Source: an uncultured Clostridia bacterium (lineage in GTDB: Bacteria; Bacillota_I; Bacilli_A; RF39; UBA660). Taken from it: 32,000 nt of DNA. Location of the stretch: contig CANRVH010000006.1 in the NCBI GenBank assembly GCA_947643225.1, forward strand, positions 18,330 to 50,329. The letters run 5' to 3'. This document shows, one piece after another, positions 1-9,675 of the stretch. The notes below the pieces were generated by a model. The model saw only the letters and a program-made list of their open reading frames with translations. It was not told the DNA's origin and did not search any database. The translations under genes and the position numbers were made by a program. Positions within the stretch are counted from its first letter, which is position 1; each line of letters begins with the position of its first letter.

Positions 1-413
1 CGGTATTCTTCAATCTGTTCTTTTGTTAAAATAAGTTGTTCATCTACCAGTTTCTTTTTTTCTTTTTCTAGATCTTTCGTGCTACGATTTTTTTTGGCTT
101 CTTCTAAGACACTATTAATATCATACACTTTATTCTTTCTATCTGAGTATAGAAAATTAAAATCATCTAATTCTTTTTTTACTTTAGGTGGTTCAACAAA
201 TCCACCATATTCTTTTATTTGATGATACCCTTCCCGTGTTCTATAGTTTTTTTTATCCGTAGTGAGTTCTATAGCATTACTATTTCTTACATCGGTTATA
301 GTTGTATATTGAGCATGATTTTCTAAAGATGAATATAATTTTTCATTTTTAGAACTTCTCGTAGAATTAGTAGAATTGGTACTTGTCATATATCTGTCCA
401 TTCTACTTCTCAT
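1..413 (-). CDS. hypothetical protein, N-terminal part; the gene runs off the left edge of the window
   Basis: Absent from the supplied ORF track because there is no stop in the window. Minus-strand ATG at 411-413 is preceded by GAAGGTGAG (418-426). The open frame MRSRMDRYMTSTNSTNSTRSS...LTKEQIEEY continues to position 1. No family recognised. Confidence 0.45.
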   Translation of the reverse strand, partial: MRSRMDRYMTSTNSTNSTRSSKNEKLYSSLENHAQYTTITDVRNSNAIELTTDKKNYRTREGYHQIKEYGGFVEPPKVKKELDDFNFLYSDRKNKVYDINSVLEEAKKNRSTKDLEKEKKKLVDEQLILTKEQIEEY

Positions 414-537
414 ATAACTCACCTTCTTTACTATCATTATTATTATTCTAACATATCTATTTCTCAATTAGAAGTCTTTTATTTTTCTTTACGTAAACTT
501 TTTTTTTTGATATGATAAATAAAGGAGGGATAACAGA

Positions 538-750
538 ATGAAAGTAAAAGTAAATCAAGATGCTTGTATTAGTTGTGGTGCATGTGAAGCTCTTTGTCCT
601 GAAGTTTTTATTTTAAATGATGAGGGATTATCTGAAGTAAAGGAAGAGAAAAAAGATACTAATCTAGAGGGAGAGTTAAAAGAACAAGCACAAGATGCTA
701 TTGATTCTTGTCCAACTAGTGCAATCTCTGAAGTAAAAGAAGAACAATAA
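538..750 (+). CDS. small 4Fe-4S ferredoxin
   Basis: 70 aa with CISCGACEALCPEVF and a distal DSCP cysteine, the typical single-cluster ferredoxin layout. Strong AAAGGAGGG Shine-Dalgarno about 8 nt upstream of the ATG. Confidence 0.85.
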   Translation: MKVKVNQDACISCGACEALCPEVFILNDEGLSEVKEEKKDTNLEGELKEQAQDAIDSCPTSAISEVKEEQ

Positions 751-758
751 AAGGTGGC

Positions 759-1373
759 TTATTTCTCCACTTTTTTTTGTTCTAATTTTTTCGAATAAAT
801 ACATCCACAATAATTTTGACGATATAAATGATATTGTTTAGATAATTCGATACTTTCTTTATAACCATTATGCTTTTTAAAATCCGAATATAGATATTTC
901 ACTTTTTTCTTTTCTGATATACTCTCACCTATTTGATTTAACCATGTTGCATTTTTAAAAGGACTTAAAGTTAAAGTTGTAGCAAAATAGTCAAAATGAT
1001 TTTCCTCTGCTACTTTTAGTGTTTCGTTTAGTCTTAATTGATAACATAAAAAACAACGACTACCTCTTTCGGGAATGTGCTCCATTCCTTTAGCTATTTT
1101 TAGAAAAGAATTGGGATCGTATTTCCCCTCTATTATTTTAATTTCGTGTTTTACTTTAAATTCTTTAATCAATCTTTTTATTTCTTCTAATCTTTTAAAA
1201 TATTCTTCTGGATCCGTAATATTGGGATTATAGAAAAATATTGTTATTTTAAAATCATTTCCTAATCTTTTTAAACATACCGATGAACAAGGAGCACAGC
1301 AAGCATGTAATAAAAGTGTTGGAGTGTAATTTAAAGAATTGATTTCTTTTTGCATTAATAAGTCATAGTTCAT
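759..1373 (-). CDS. queH: epoxyqueuosine reductase QueH (DUF208 family)
   Basis: 204 aa with the N-terminal LLLHACCAPCS motif and C-terminal CGCIYS cysteines characteristic of QueH/DUF208. Confidence 0.8.
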   Translation of the reverse strand: MNYDLLMQKEINSLNYTPTLLLHACCAPCSSVCLKRLGNDFKITIFFYNPNITDPEEYFKRLEEIKRLIKEFKVKHEIKIIEGKYDPNSFLKIAKGMEHIPERGSRCFLCYQLRLNETLKVAEENHFDYFATTLTLSPFKNATWLNQIGESISEKKKVKYLYSDFKKHNGYKESIELSKQYHLYRQNYCGCIYSKKLEQKKVEK

Positions 1374-1498
1374 CTAAATCACCTAATATTATTTTAAAAT
1401 AGTTATGTAATAAAATCAATGTATGGGTAATGAAAATAAATAATTTTGTCAAAATTTATAGGTACTTTTTATGTCTTCTTATTAATATAATGATTTAG

Positions 1499-2248
1499 GT
1501 GATTATTATTAATACAAATATTGCTTTCTTACTTACTATTATTGCTGGAAGTGCCACAATACTTGGAATGATTCCTATTTTTTTTCACTTTCAGGATCGG
1601 GATAAAATTATTATTATTTCTTTGGGTTTTGCTAGTGGAGTTATGCTTAGTGCTAGCTTTTTTGATCTTATACCAGAAGCATATCATTATTTAATTAGTG
1701 ACTATAATCCAGTACTCTCTATTTTATTTTTGTTGATATTTTTTGTAGGAGGAATTTTGGTTTCTACTTATATTGATCAAAATTTAGAGTGTAAGGATGA
1801 TAATCTTTATAAGGTTGGAATCAGTTCTATGATTGCTATTATTATTCATAATCTACCTGAGGGAATTATTACCTTTCTTACAGCCTCTGTTAATTTAAAA
1901 TTAGGACTAAGTTTAGCTATTGCTATTATGCTTCATAATATTCCTGAAGGAATTAGCATTGCTGTACCAATCTATTATTCTACTAAAAGTAAAATGAAAG
2001 CTCTTTTCTATACTATTATTGCTGCGGTAGCAGAACCATTAGGTGCAGTTCTTGCTTTTTTATTCTTAAAAAATTATATTAATAATTTTCTATTAGGAAT
2101 CATGCTTAGTCTAATAGCAGGTATTATGAGTAATATTAGTTTATATGAATTATTCCCAGAATCTTTAAAATATAAAAGAAAAAAGGTCAGTATCATTTCT
2201 ACGATAATAGGTCTTATCTTTATGTATATTAGTATTCAGATACTCTAG
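1499..2248 (+). CDS. zupT: ZIP-family zinc transporter ZupT
   Basis: 249 aa polytopic membrane protein with the repeated HNxPEG motifs (HNLPEGI, HNIPEGI) of ZIP/ZupT transporters. GTG start taken from the ORF track. Confidence 0.8.
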   Translation: MIIINTNIAFLLTIIAGSATILGMIPIFFHFQDRDKIIIISLGFASGVMLSASFFDLIPEAYHYLISDYNPVLSILFLLIFFVGGILVSTYIDQNLECKDDNLYKVGISSMIAIIIHNLPEGIITFLTASVNLKLGLSLAIAIMLHNIPEGISIAVPIYYSTKSKMKALFYTIIAAVAEPLGAVLAFLFLKNYINNFLLGIMLSLIAGIMSNISLYELFPESLKYKRKKVSIISTIIGLIFMYISIQIL

Positions 2249-2251
2249 GTA

Positions 2252-3129
2252 TTATTTTGAAACCCTGATAACTGCTTTAGCTCCACAGAAATCGTTTACA
2301 ATAGTGGTGCATAAGCCACTATTTTTACAAGAACTCCAACTATCATCCCTATAAGTCGTCGAAGATGATAATGTCCATGAAGATTCATTATTCAAATATT
2401 TTGGACAGAAATCCCTTGTACAACCCAATGCTTTTGCTTCTTGTACAGTAATCATTCTAGCTTTTGCTGTTCTACTTGAGAGGATATATCCATCATCACA
2501 ATCTAAGTTCGTATCGCACAGTGTACCAATTCCTTTTTCAGATAATGATGTTGTTCCTAATGCATAAGTTTGATTATCAACATTAATCCGTTGCATTTTC
2601 CAAAACTGGTAATACTGTAAGTGGACCTTTAGTATTATCATTCTCAGTATACCACTCTGTATCATAAATTATATTTCCTTCTTTGTATTGTCATTGTATT
2701 TCCTTCATCAAACAACACATTAAATCCTATTATATCTGTACTATTTACCTTATATTTAATAATTGTTCCAGCAGGGCAACTATTTATAGTTTTATTTTTA
2801 TAACATATTGTTCTTTTACAGGTTTCTTCTTCTCCTGTTATACATTGATTACTTCCTATTTCACTATAGTTATACGCTACCATGAAATGACCTGTTTTTC
2901 TGATATCTACCTTATTATATAATTCATCAATCGCTTCTTAAACATTCGTTGAGAAAAGTCCTGAATTAGCATTAGAATAAGTAATATTACTACCCATAAT
3001 TGTAGTTACTGCATACACTCCTCCACTAGTTAAAATCACACCTAAAATCATGCCAAAAATAAATTTATAACTACCTTGAAATATGACTTTTTTTATTTTC
3101 TTCATTACACTTACTATCTCTATTTTCAT
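2252..3129 (-). pseudogene. decayed paralogue of the surface protein gene at 11181-12110, broken into three ORFs
   Basis: ORFs 2938-3129, 2662-2883 and 2252-2665 align in order to the 309-aa protein of 11181-12110: GGVYAVTTIMGSNITYSNANSGLFSTNV / (Q->stop) EAIDELYNKV / CITGEEETCKRTICYKNKTINSCPAGTIIKYKVNSTDI / SRTAKARMITVQEAKALGC. An in-frame TAA at 2938-2940 replaces the CAA (Gln) of the intact copy. At least one frameshift lies near 2590-2665, where KGPLTVLPVLENAT is readable only in another frame. Confidence 0.75.
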
Positions 3130-3227
3130 TATATATTTCTATCATGCCCCAAGTCGATTTTGTCAATAGGCAGTTTATAATATTTTGATTTGATATATTA
3201 TACAATATAATTGTATAAAAAAAGATA

Positions 3228-3896
3228 CTATTTCTTAGCATCCATTTTATCTCCTTTTGCATAAACATTGATTTTAATTGTAAAATATCTATATGTATCA
3301 TCTAGAACATAATCACTAGAAAGCCACATTCTCAGTCTATAATAATAAGTTATTGATTCACTAGTCGTTGATTGATCCAGTATCATACTTCCAGCTGGTG
3401 CATCATATTCATCTTTTTCTTCTATTCCTTTATAAGTTGTTGGCTTCATTATTTCTTCTTCATAAGTTGGAGCATTTAAACTTCTCTCTAAGTATATTTT
3501 GATATATTTATCTGAAATTGTTGAGGTGGGATCTTTTTCTGCTACTACTTCATAAGTTACTGTACTATTCTTGTTAATATCAATACTAACAGTAAAATCC
3601 ATTAATTGTTGTGGATTTGATAAGTTCATTCCGTCTTTATCACTCATTGGTACTGCATTTTCTATACGAATACTTTTTTCTCCTTCTGTATAAGTTAAGG
3701 TAACTGTTCCGTTTTTGAAAATATTGTCTTCTCCGCCAAATATTTTATTAATAACAGAAGTTCCTGAATCAGTATATAAGTATACTTGATAGCTAACACC
3801 TATTACTAAAATAACAAGTAAAAATATTAATAATATAATCATTATTAATGTTTTTTTGTTTATATCATTGTTCCTTTTCTCTTTATCCTTTTCCAT
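3228..3896 (-). CDS. hypothetical bitopic membrane protein
   Basis: 222 aa. Charged N-terminus, one hydrophobic helix (LIMIILLIFLLVILVIGV), then a beta-rich extracytoplasmic region. No family recognised. Confidence 0.55.
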   Translation of the reverse strand: MEKDKEKRNNDINKKTLIMIILLIFLLVILVIGVSYQVYLYTDSGTSVINKIFGGEDNIFKNGTVTLTYTEGEKSIRIENAVPMSDKDGMNLSNPQQLMDFTVSIDINKNSTVTYEVVAEKDPTSTISDKYIKIYLERSLNAPTYEEEIMKPTTYKGIEEKDEYDAPAGSMILDQSTTSESITYYYRLRMWLSSDYVLDDTYRYFTIKINVYAKGDKMDAKK

Positions 3897-3951
3897 AAGC
3901 CACCTCTATTATATAATTATTTTATCAAGAAAATTTCGTTATTTCAATAAA

Positions 3952-3974
3952 TAGTCAAGTTTTTTACTTGACTA
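3952..3974 (-). terminator. putative rho-independent terminator of the 3D-domain gene
   Basis: Perfect 8-bp inverted repeat tagtcaag (3952-3959) / cttgacta (3967-3974) with a 7-nt loop. It overlaps the TAG stop and is followed on the minus strand by TTTATT. Confidence 0.45.
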
Positions 3975-4745
3975 CTTTCCAATTCTTAATATTTCAAAAT
4001 TATTGTTTTTATGAACTCCATAATATAGTCTAGCCCATTCTTGACTTTCTACAACTAAATCAAACATAAATTTTCTATCAATGCCAATATTTTTATCTCC
4101 TCTATCAAGAATAATTGCTCTATATTCTCCATCTATTGGATCATTTATTTTAATGATGGAGTATAAGGGAAAGTTTTTATCTGATGCTAATATACGAACT
4201 CTGCCATAAGTTGCATCATAATAATACATACCACTTATTTTAATATTATAACCGCTAGCTGTAATTCCTTGTCTATTTGGATCAGGACTACAGCAATCTC
4301 TTCCATATGCACTCATATTACCAGATAGTTTTGAACCTACAAAAACTTGTTCTGATGGATTGATAGTTACTGTTGTATTCCCTCCAACACTATTATTGTT
4401 ATTTTCTGTTGGATAATCTGTTGTTGCATCACTTGCTCCATCACTACTGGCCAAAGAGCTAACTTTTTCTACTACTTTTATGGGAGTTGTTACGGCCTTT
4501 TTTTCTTCTTTTCGTCTCTGTTCTTCTTTTTCTCTTAACTTTTCCTCTTCTTGTTGCCTTCTTAAGGATTCTTCTTCTTCCTTCTTCTTAGTACTTCTAT
4601 CTAATAATACCGTTGTATTAATCATCTTTTCTGCAGCATTTGTATTGGTTTTATAATTTATTGTACTATCATTACTACAGACAATGACTACAGTAGGAAT
4701 AAGAATTAAAAGCAATATATTTAAACTATAAATAAACTTCTTCAT
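3972..4745 (-). CDS. 3D-domain (RlpA/MltA-like double-psi beta-barrel) cell-wall protein with signal anchor and charged coiled-coil linker
   Basis: The C-terminus (QGITASGYNI...RVRILASDKNFPLYSIIKIND...AIILDRGDKNIG...FDL) matches the 3D-domain pattern, with the conserved Asp residues. The N-terminal hydrophobic segment and an EEEKLREKEEQRRKEEKK stretch are also present. I prefer the ATG at 4743-4745 (GAGGAG 8 nt upstream) to the TTG at 4751 in the ORF track. Confidence 0.65.
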   Translation of the reverse strand: MKKFIYSLNILLLILIPTVVIVCSNDSTINYKTNTNAAEKMINTTVLLDRSTKKKEEEESLRRQQEEEKLREKEEQRRKEEKKAVTTPIKVVEKVSSLASSDGASDATTDYPTENNNNSVGGNTTVTINPSEQVFVGSKLSGNMSAYGRDCCSPDPNRQGITASGYNIKISGMYYYDATYGRVRILASDKNFPLYSIIKINDPIDGEYRAIILDRGDKNIGIDRKFMFDLVVESQEWARLYYGVHKNNNFEILRIGK

Positions 4746-4838
4746 AAACAAAACTCCTCATATACATGATATCATGCCTATTAGGAGTTTACAATGAATG
4801 GCTAGATTTGTTTTTTTATAAATGTAAATTTTTGTAAA

Positions 4839-5654
4839 TTAGTAAGCGCGTTCTTTACAGTCATAGCCAGCTTTAATCATTTTTTGTTTAATGTCATAAA
4901 TATTTTCTTTATATTGATATTCTGGATAAGTTCCTCCTGCCTCTGTAAATTTTGTTAACTTGTTAGTATTAATTAGTCTATAATTGTAAGATTCTATCAT
5001 TGTACTTATATTATCACTAGTTGTACAACTTACATCTATTCCACTTAAATCTTTTGCACTATCCTCTATGTTCTTGCATTCATTATACTTGCTATTTATA
5101 ATCTCTTCTTTTTCACTTTCTGTTGTAATATTAAAAGTAGAAGTAATTAATTCTTTATTCTTAAATTTGAAATCCATTTCATAAGAAGTAGTTGTTTCGT
5201 CATTATCTTTATCTGTTGTACAACTTAGGGTACCACTATTTATTTGATTGTCTGTGGTGGCTCTTATTCTTCCATTTTTTAAATATTCTGAAATATTTGG
5301 TAAAAACATAATGAAGGCAAGTAGGAAGATAAAAAATACAATTAAAAGAAAGGTCTTAAATTTTCCTCCTTTAGAGTTGTCTTGATTACCATTAGTTGTA
5401 GTTGTTTTATTTTCTATGGGCGAAGGGTTAGTTTGAACAACTTGGCTAATTTGTGGTTGTCCTATATTGGTTGATGATACAGAAATATTGGGAGTTGGAT
5501 TTAGGGTTACTCCATTGTTTTGTTGTGGTGCTTTTGGATTCATATTATTGATTTTTGGCGTATTATTTACCATATTAGGATTTTGATTATTGATTTGATT
5601 TGTACCTTGGTTTTGAGGTGCATTATTATTTATATTATTATTTGATTGATTCAT
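4839..5654 (-). CDS. hypothetical bitopic membrane protein with an N/Q/P-rich low-complexity N-terminus
   Basis: 271 aa. About 95 residues dominated by N, Q, P and T, one TM helix (FLLIVFFIFLLAFIMFL), then a Cys-containing extracytoplasmic domain. No family recognised. Confidence 0.55.
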   Translation of the reverse strand: MNQSNNNINNNAPQNQGTNQINNQNPNMVNNTPKINNMNPKAPQQNNGVTLNPTPNISVSSTNIGQPQISQVVQTNPSPIENKTTTTNGNQDNSKGGKFKTFLLIVFFIFLLAFIMFLPNISEYLKNGRIRATTDNQINSGTLSCTTDKDNDETTTSYEMDFKFKNKELITSTFNITTESEKEEIINSKYNECKNIEDSAKDLSGIDVSCTTSDNISTMIESYNYRLINTNKLTKFTEAGGTYPEYQYKENIYDIKQKMIKAGYDCKERAY

Positions 5655-5667
5655 TTTATCCCCTACC

Positions 5668-6291
5668 TTATCTTAATTTATTTATTCTTTCTTGGAAATC
5701 ATCACTCTTAATAATAAAACTTCCACTAACGATTATATCGCAATCTCTACAATATTTTATTGTTTGGTCGTTAATTCCACCATCAATATTTATTACTGGA
5801 TTGATTTTATATTCTTTTAGTAATACTTTTACCTCTTTTATTTTATCTATACTTTCTTTAATGAATGCTTGTCCCCCTTCACCTGGTTCTACACTCATAA
5901 TTAGTATTTGATCAACAAGGGGTAAATAAGGAACTATTTCTTTGATGGAAGTTGTTGGATTAATCGCAATGCCTGCTTTTATTCCATAATTTTTTATCTC
6001 TAGAAGATTTTCTTTTACATTATCGCTTTCCACATGAATAGTAATATATTCACTATTGAGACTTGCATAATCTTTAATATAGTGATATGCATTTTCTACC
6101 ATCAAATGAACATCTAATCTTTTGGAAGTATATTTATCAATATTTTTCATTTCTCTAAAAGGCATCGTTTTATTTTTAACAAATTTACCATCCATAATAT
6201 CTACATGAATATAGTCTACATCTGTTTCATTTAATTTTTTGATATCTTTGGGAGGATTTTTACTGCTTAAAAATGATACTGAGATTAGCAT
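5668..6291 (-). CDS. rpe: ribulose-phosphate 3-epimerase
   Basis: 207 aa with the Rpe signatures HVDIMDGKFV, DVHLM, MSVEPG and DGGI. It sits after rsgA, as in the Bacillus prpC-prkC-rsgA-rpe cluster. Confidence 0.9.
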   Translation of the reverse strand: MLISVSFLSSKNPPKDIKKLNETDVDYIHVDIMDGKFVKNKTMPFREMKNIDKYTSKRLDVHLMVENAYHYIKDYASLNSEYITIHVESDNVKENLLEIKNYGIKAGIAINPTTSIKEIVPYLPLVDQILIMSVEPGEGGQAFIKESIDKIKEVKVLLKEYKINPVINIDGGINDQTIKYCRDCDIIVSGSFIIKSDDFQERINKLR

Positions 6292-6295
6292 ATTA

Positions 6296-7123
6296 TCACC
6301 TTTTGATAAATTTTAAATAATTATCATACCTTTCTTTAAGAATTTTTTTATCTTTTACTGCTTTTTTGACTAAACATTCTTGTTCATTTGTATGAGAACA
6401 ATCTTTATAGTAACAATGGTAATGTTTGAATTCTATAAAGGCATTTTTTATTTGTTCTTTACTATATTTTTCGAAATCTAAAGCAGAAAAACCTGGTGTA
6501 TCTAATACCTTACCATTGCAGGTTTCATAAAGTGATACTACTCTAGTTGTATGTCTTCCTCTTCCAAGTGCTTCGCTTACTTCTCCTACCTTTAGTTCTA
6601 ACTTTTGATCTATTTTATTTAATAGAGTACTTTTTCCTGCTCCAGTTTGACCAGTAAACACTGTAGTTTGATTCGTTAATAGATTTTTTATCTCTTTTAT
6701 TTGGTTATTAGCTAGTACTGGATATCCTAGTTTTTCATAATAGGAAATTTTTTTCTTTAGTTGTAATAACTCCTCTTTTTCTAATAAATCTGTTTTTGTT
6801 ATACAGATAATCGGTTTAATTCTATGAATTTCAAGAATAATTAAAAAGCGATCTAATAAGTTTATTGAAAAATCTGGATTAATTAGACTAGTAACAATAA
6901 TTCCTTGATCAATATTACTGACTCTTGGTCTATGTAATTCATTTTTTCTCGGTAATATTTTTTCAATAATGTGCTTTTCAGGGTTAAAGAGACAATAATC
7001 TCCAACTAGTGGTATAATATTTTTTTTTCTAAAAATTCCGCGACATTTACAGGGATATTTCTCTCCACTAAAACTAACTAGATGTAAATCACTAACAATT
7101 TCAATTATTTGCCCCTCTACCAT
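6296..7123 (-). CDS. rsgA: ribosome small-subunit-dependent GTPase A
   Basis: Circularly permuted GTPase motifs (TKTDL, then GQTGAGKST), an N-terminal OB fold, and a C-terminal zinc knuckle C..C.H.....C (CYYKDCSHTNEQEC). Confidence 0.9.
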   Translation of the reverse strand: MVEGQIIEIVSDLHLVSFSGEKYPCKCRGIFRKKNIIPLVGDYCLFNPEKHIIEKILPRKNELHRPRVSNIDQGIIVTSLINPDFSINLLDRFLIILEIHRIKPIICITKTDLLEKEELLQLKKKISYYEKLGYPVLANNQIKEIKNLLTNQTTVFTGQTGAGKSTLLNKIDQKLELKVGEVSEALGRGRHTTRVVSLYETCNGKVLDTPGFSALDFEKYSKEQIKNAFIEFKHYHCYYKDCSHTNEQECLVKKAVKDKKILKERYDNYLKFIKR

Positions 7124-7132
7124 ATTTTTCTC

Positions 7133-8935
7133 CTATTTCTTTTCTTGTTTTGTATACCCAGTTGGGCATTCTTCACCAGTTAATACTTTAATATCTGTAG
7201 GGTCTGTCTTTGATATACATTGATATTCTGTTTTTTTCTCTGGTACTTCCTCTTTTATTGTCGCTTTCGTACCAATTTTAATTGTTACTTCATCATTATT
7301 TTTTACTGTTGCTCCTACTGGTCTTGATTGATTAATGACTTTATCTATTAGTGAAGTATCTGTTGTTTCTTGGTATTCAATATTCAATGTAACACAATTA
7401 TTATTGGCCCAAGTAGAAACTTCATTTTGAGTTTGTCCAGAAAAATTAGGAAAATTTACAGAATTCAGCATTTTTAAACTGATAGAGTCCCCACTTTTCA
7501 CTTTAGATCCACTTGTTAAAGATTGCCAAATAATTGTATCTTGCCCTATATATTTACAATTTGTACTATCTGGATCAATTTTATTAATTGACACTTTTAT
7601 GCCATAATTATCTAATTCATTACTAACTTCGGTATAAGCTTTACCAACATAATCATCTAAAGTATACTTTTTTACTCCTAAAGATTTATAGATTGTTACT
7701 TTGGATCCTTGTTTAATTGTTCTACCAAACTCTGGATCAGTTTTTACAACATATCCCTTTTTTACATCTGAATCATACACTGTTTTAATTTTTGTAGTTA
7801 CTTCAAACCCTTTTTCTTGAAGTGTCTTTTCTGCTTTTGTTACTGTCATATTTTTAACATTTGGTACTTTCACTGATTTAGGAGTTGTTGCTTTTGGAAT
7901 AACAAAAATGATTACTAAGAAACAAATTATAATAAATGCGGCAATACTTGATAAGATAATAATTAATTTCTTGCTTCTTTTAGCTTCTTTTTCTTCTATC
8001 TTAGAAGCAATTTTTTCTGAGTCTTCTTCTATATCTTGAAGTTTTTTTATTGTTTTGGTATTTTCTTCATGTTCTGGGTAGGAATAATTATATTTTTCTT
8101 CGTTTATTCGATCATCATCTAAAGCGGTTAATAAATCAGCATGCATTTCTTTGGCATCATTATATCTATTTTTAGGATTCTTAGCTGTTGACTTTAATAC
8201 AATATTATAAACAGACATAGGTATTGATGGATTATCCTCATGAAGATTTGGAATTTTTTCCTTCATCTGTTTTAAAGCTATTTCAACAGCATTTTCTCCT
8301 TTAAAGGGAAGTTCTCCTGTTAATAACTCATAGAAAATAATTCCCATAGAGTAAATATCACTTTTAATCGTAGATCCTTTGCCTGCTGCTTGTTCTGGTG
8401 GTAAGTAATGAACTGAACCCATTACAGAGTTTGTTTGAGTAAGTTGAGTAGAATTTAGAGCCATCGCAATACCAAAATCTGTTATTTTAATTTGTCCATC
8501 ATCTTGAATCATGATATTTTGTGGTTTTAGATCTCGATGAATAATATAAGAATCATGGGCATGAGCCATTCCATCAGTAAGTTGTAACATAATATCGATA
8601 GATTCACTTAATGTAAGAGCTCCTCTTCTTTTTAATAACTGTTTTAGAGTCTGTCCTTCTATGTATTCCATGATAATATAATAGATTCCATCATCTTCTC
8701 CAACATCATACATTTCTACAATATTTTGATGAGATAGGCTTGATGCTGATAAAGCTTCTCTTTGAAAACGTCTGACAAACTTTTCATCATTGGATAAATC
8801 TCCTCTTAGTATTTTGATTGCAACATTTCTATCTAGAATTGTGTCATATCCTAAATATACGTTTGCCATGCCTCCTTCACCAATACTACGAATAATTTCA
8901 TAGCGTTCATTAATCTTCTGCCCCTTTGTTATCAC
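7133..8935 (-). CDS. prkC: PASTA-domain Ser/Thr protein kinase (PrkC/PknB type)
   Basis: Hanks kinase motifs GEGGMANVY, AIK, HRDLKPQN, DFG and PPE. A single TM helix follows, then repeated PASTA-like extracellular modules. The start overlaps the stop of the PP2C gene. Confidence 0.9.
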   Translation of the reverse strand: MITKGQKINERYEIIRSIGEGGMANVYLGYDTILDRNVAIKILRGDLSNDEKFVRRFQREALSASSLSHQNIVEMYDVGEDDGIYYIIMEYIEGQTLKQLLKRRGALTLSESIDIMLQLTDGMAHAHDSYIIHRDLKPQNIMIQDDGQIKITDFGIAMALNSTQLTQTNSVMGSVHYLPPEQAAGKGSTIKSDIYSMGIIFYELLTGELPFKGENAVEIALKQMKEKIPNLHEDNPSIPMSVYNIVLKSTAKNPKNRYNDAKEMHADLLTALDDDRINEEKYNYSYPEHEENTKTIKKLQDIEEDSEKIASKIEEKEAKRSKKLIIILSSIAAFIIICFLVIIFVIPKATTPKSVKVPNVKNMTVTKAEKTLQEKGFEVTTKIKTVYDSDVKKGYVVKTDPEFGRTIKQGSKVTIYKSLGVKKYTLDDYVGKAYTEVSNELDNYGIKVSINKIDPDSTNCKYIGQDTIIWQSLTSGSKVKSGDSISLKMLNSVNFPNFSGQTQNEVSTWANNNCVTLNIEYQETTDTSLIDKVINQSRPVGATVKNNDEVTIKIGTKATIKEEVPEKKTEYQCISKTDPTDIKVLTGEECPTGYTKQEKK

Positions 8936-9675
8936 TTTCCTTCACCTTCTTCACGAATCAAATAGCATACTGAGATATTATCAGTACCACCTCTATTATT
9001 AGCTTTATTAATTAATTTTGTCACTTTATCTTCAATCGATAGATCCTCTAGTAAAACTTTTTCTATTTGTTCTTTATCTAGCATATTAGTCAGACCATCA
9101 CTACAAAGCAATATTTCTGTAATATTCATATCACAATCAAAAACATCTACTTCTATTGGGTCATTTGCCCCTAGTGCTTTCATTAAAACGTTCTTTTTAG
9201 GGTGTTCTTTGGCTTCTTCTTTAGTTAATTCACCTGCACTTACTAATAAATTTACTAGAGTATGATCATAAGTTACTTTATGAAGATGCTCATCTTTTAT
9301 GACAAATCCTGAGCTGTCACCGATATTTCCAAATAAAATATATTCTTCTGTAATAATCGCTAGTACTAAAGTTGACCCCATTCCTTTGCTTTCTGGGTGT
9401 GCCTTCTCATGTTGAAATATTAATGTATTGGCTTCATTTACACTATTTCTAATCCAACTGACAGCCTCATTTTTATTCATATTGATAAATGTTTCTTTAA
9501 AATGCTTTCCTAAATAATTAATTGCTATACTACTAGCAACTTCCCCTGCTGAATGTCCTCCCATACCATCTGCTACTGCCATTAGGTATTCGTCATTATT
9601 ATTCTTTACGATAATTAAACTATCTTCATTATGATCACGAACTTTTCCAGCATCTGTTAAATAATATGCTTTCAT
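8932..9675 (-). CDS. prpC: PP2C-family Ser/Thr phosphatase (PrpC/Stp)
   Basis: 247 aa with PP2C motifs RDHNEDS, DGMGGH, LLCSDGL and GGTDNIS. Located upstream of prkC with an overlapping stop/start. Confidence 0.9.
   Translation of the reverse strand: MKAYYLTDAGKVRDHNEDSLIIVKNNNDEYLMAVADGMGGHSAGEVASSIAINYLGKHFKETFINMNKNEAVSWIRNSVNEANTLIFQHEKAHPESKGMGSTLVLAIITEEYILFGNIGDSSGFVIKDEHLHKVTYDHTLVNLLVSAGELTKEEAKEHPKKNVLMKALGANDPIEVDVFDCDMNITEILLCSDGLTNMLDKEQIEKVLLEDLSIEDKVTKLINKANNRGGTDNISVCYLIREEGEGK

Noticed and set aside
2683-2922. Plus-strand ORFs 2683-2922, 11186-11434, 11697-11939, 11783-11986, 5600-5911, 15654-15845, 17082-17276, 18044-18235, 19341-19532, 20941-21144, 21904-22131, 23853-24041, 26839-27024 and 28325-28615
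   Set aside because: All lie antisense inside longer, homology-supported or better-supported minus-strand genes. They have low-complexity Phe/Ile/Leu/Tyr composition, typical of the reverse frame of AT-rich coding DNA, and lack ribosome-binding sites.
3071-3301. 76-aa minus-strand ORF bridging the 3228-3896 gene and the pseudogene, and the 63-aa ORF 17709-17900 inside the pilin gene
   Set aside because: These are out-of-frame overlaps with better-supported ORFs. They have no Shine-Dalgarno and no recognisable domain.
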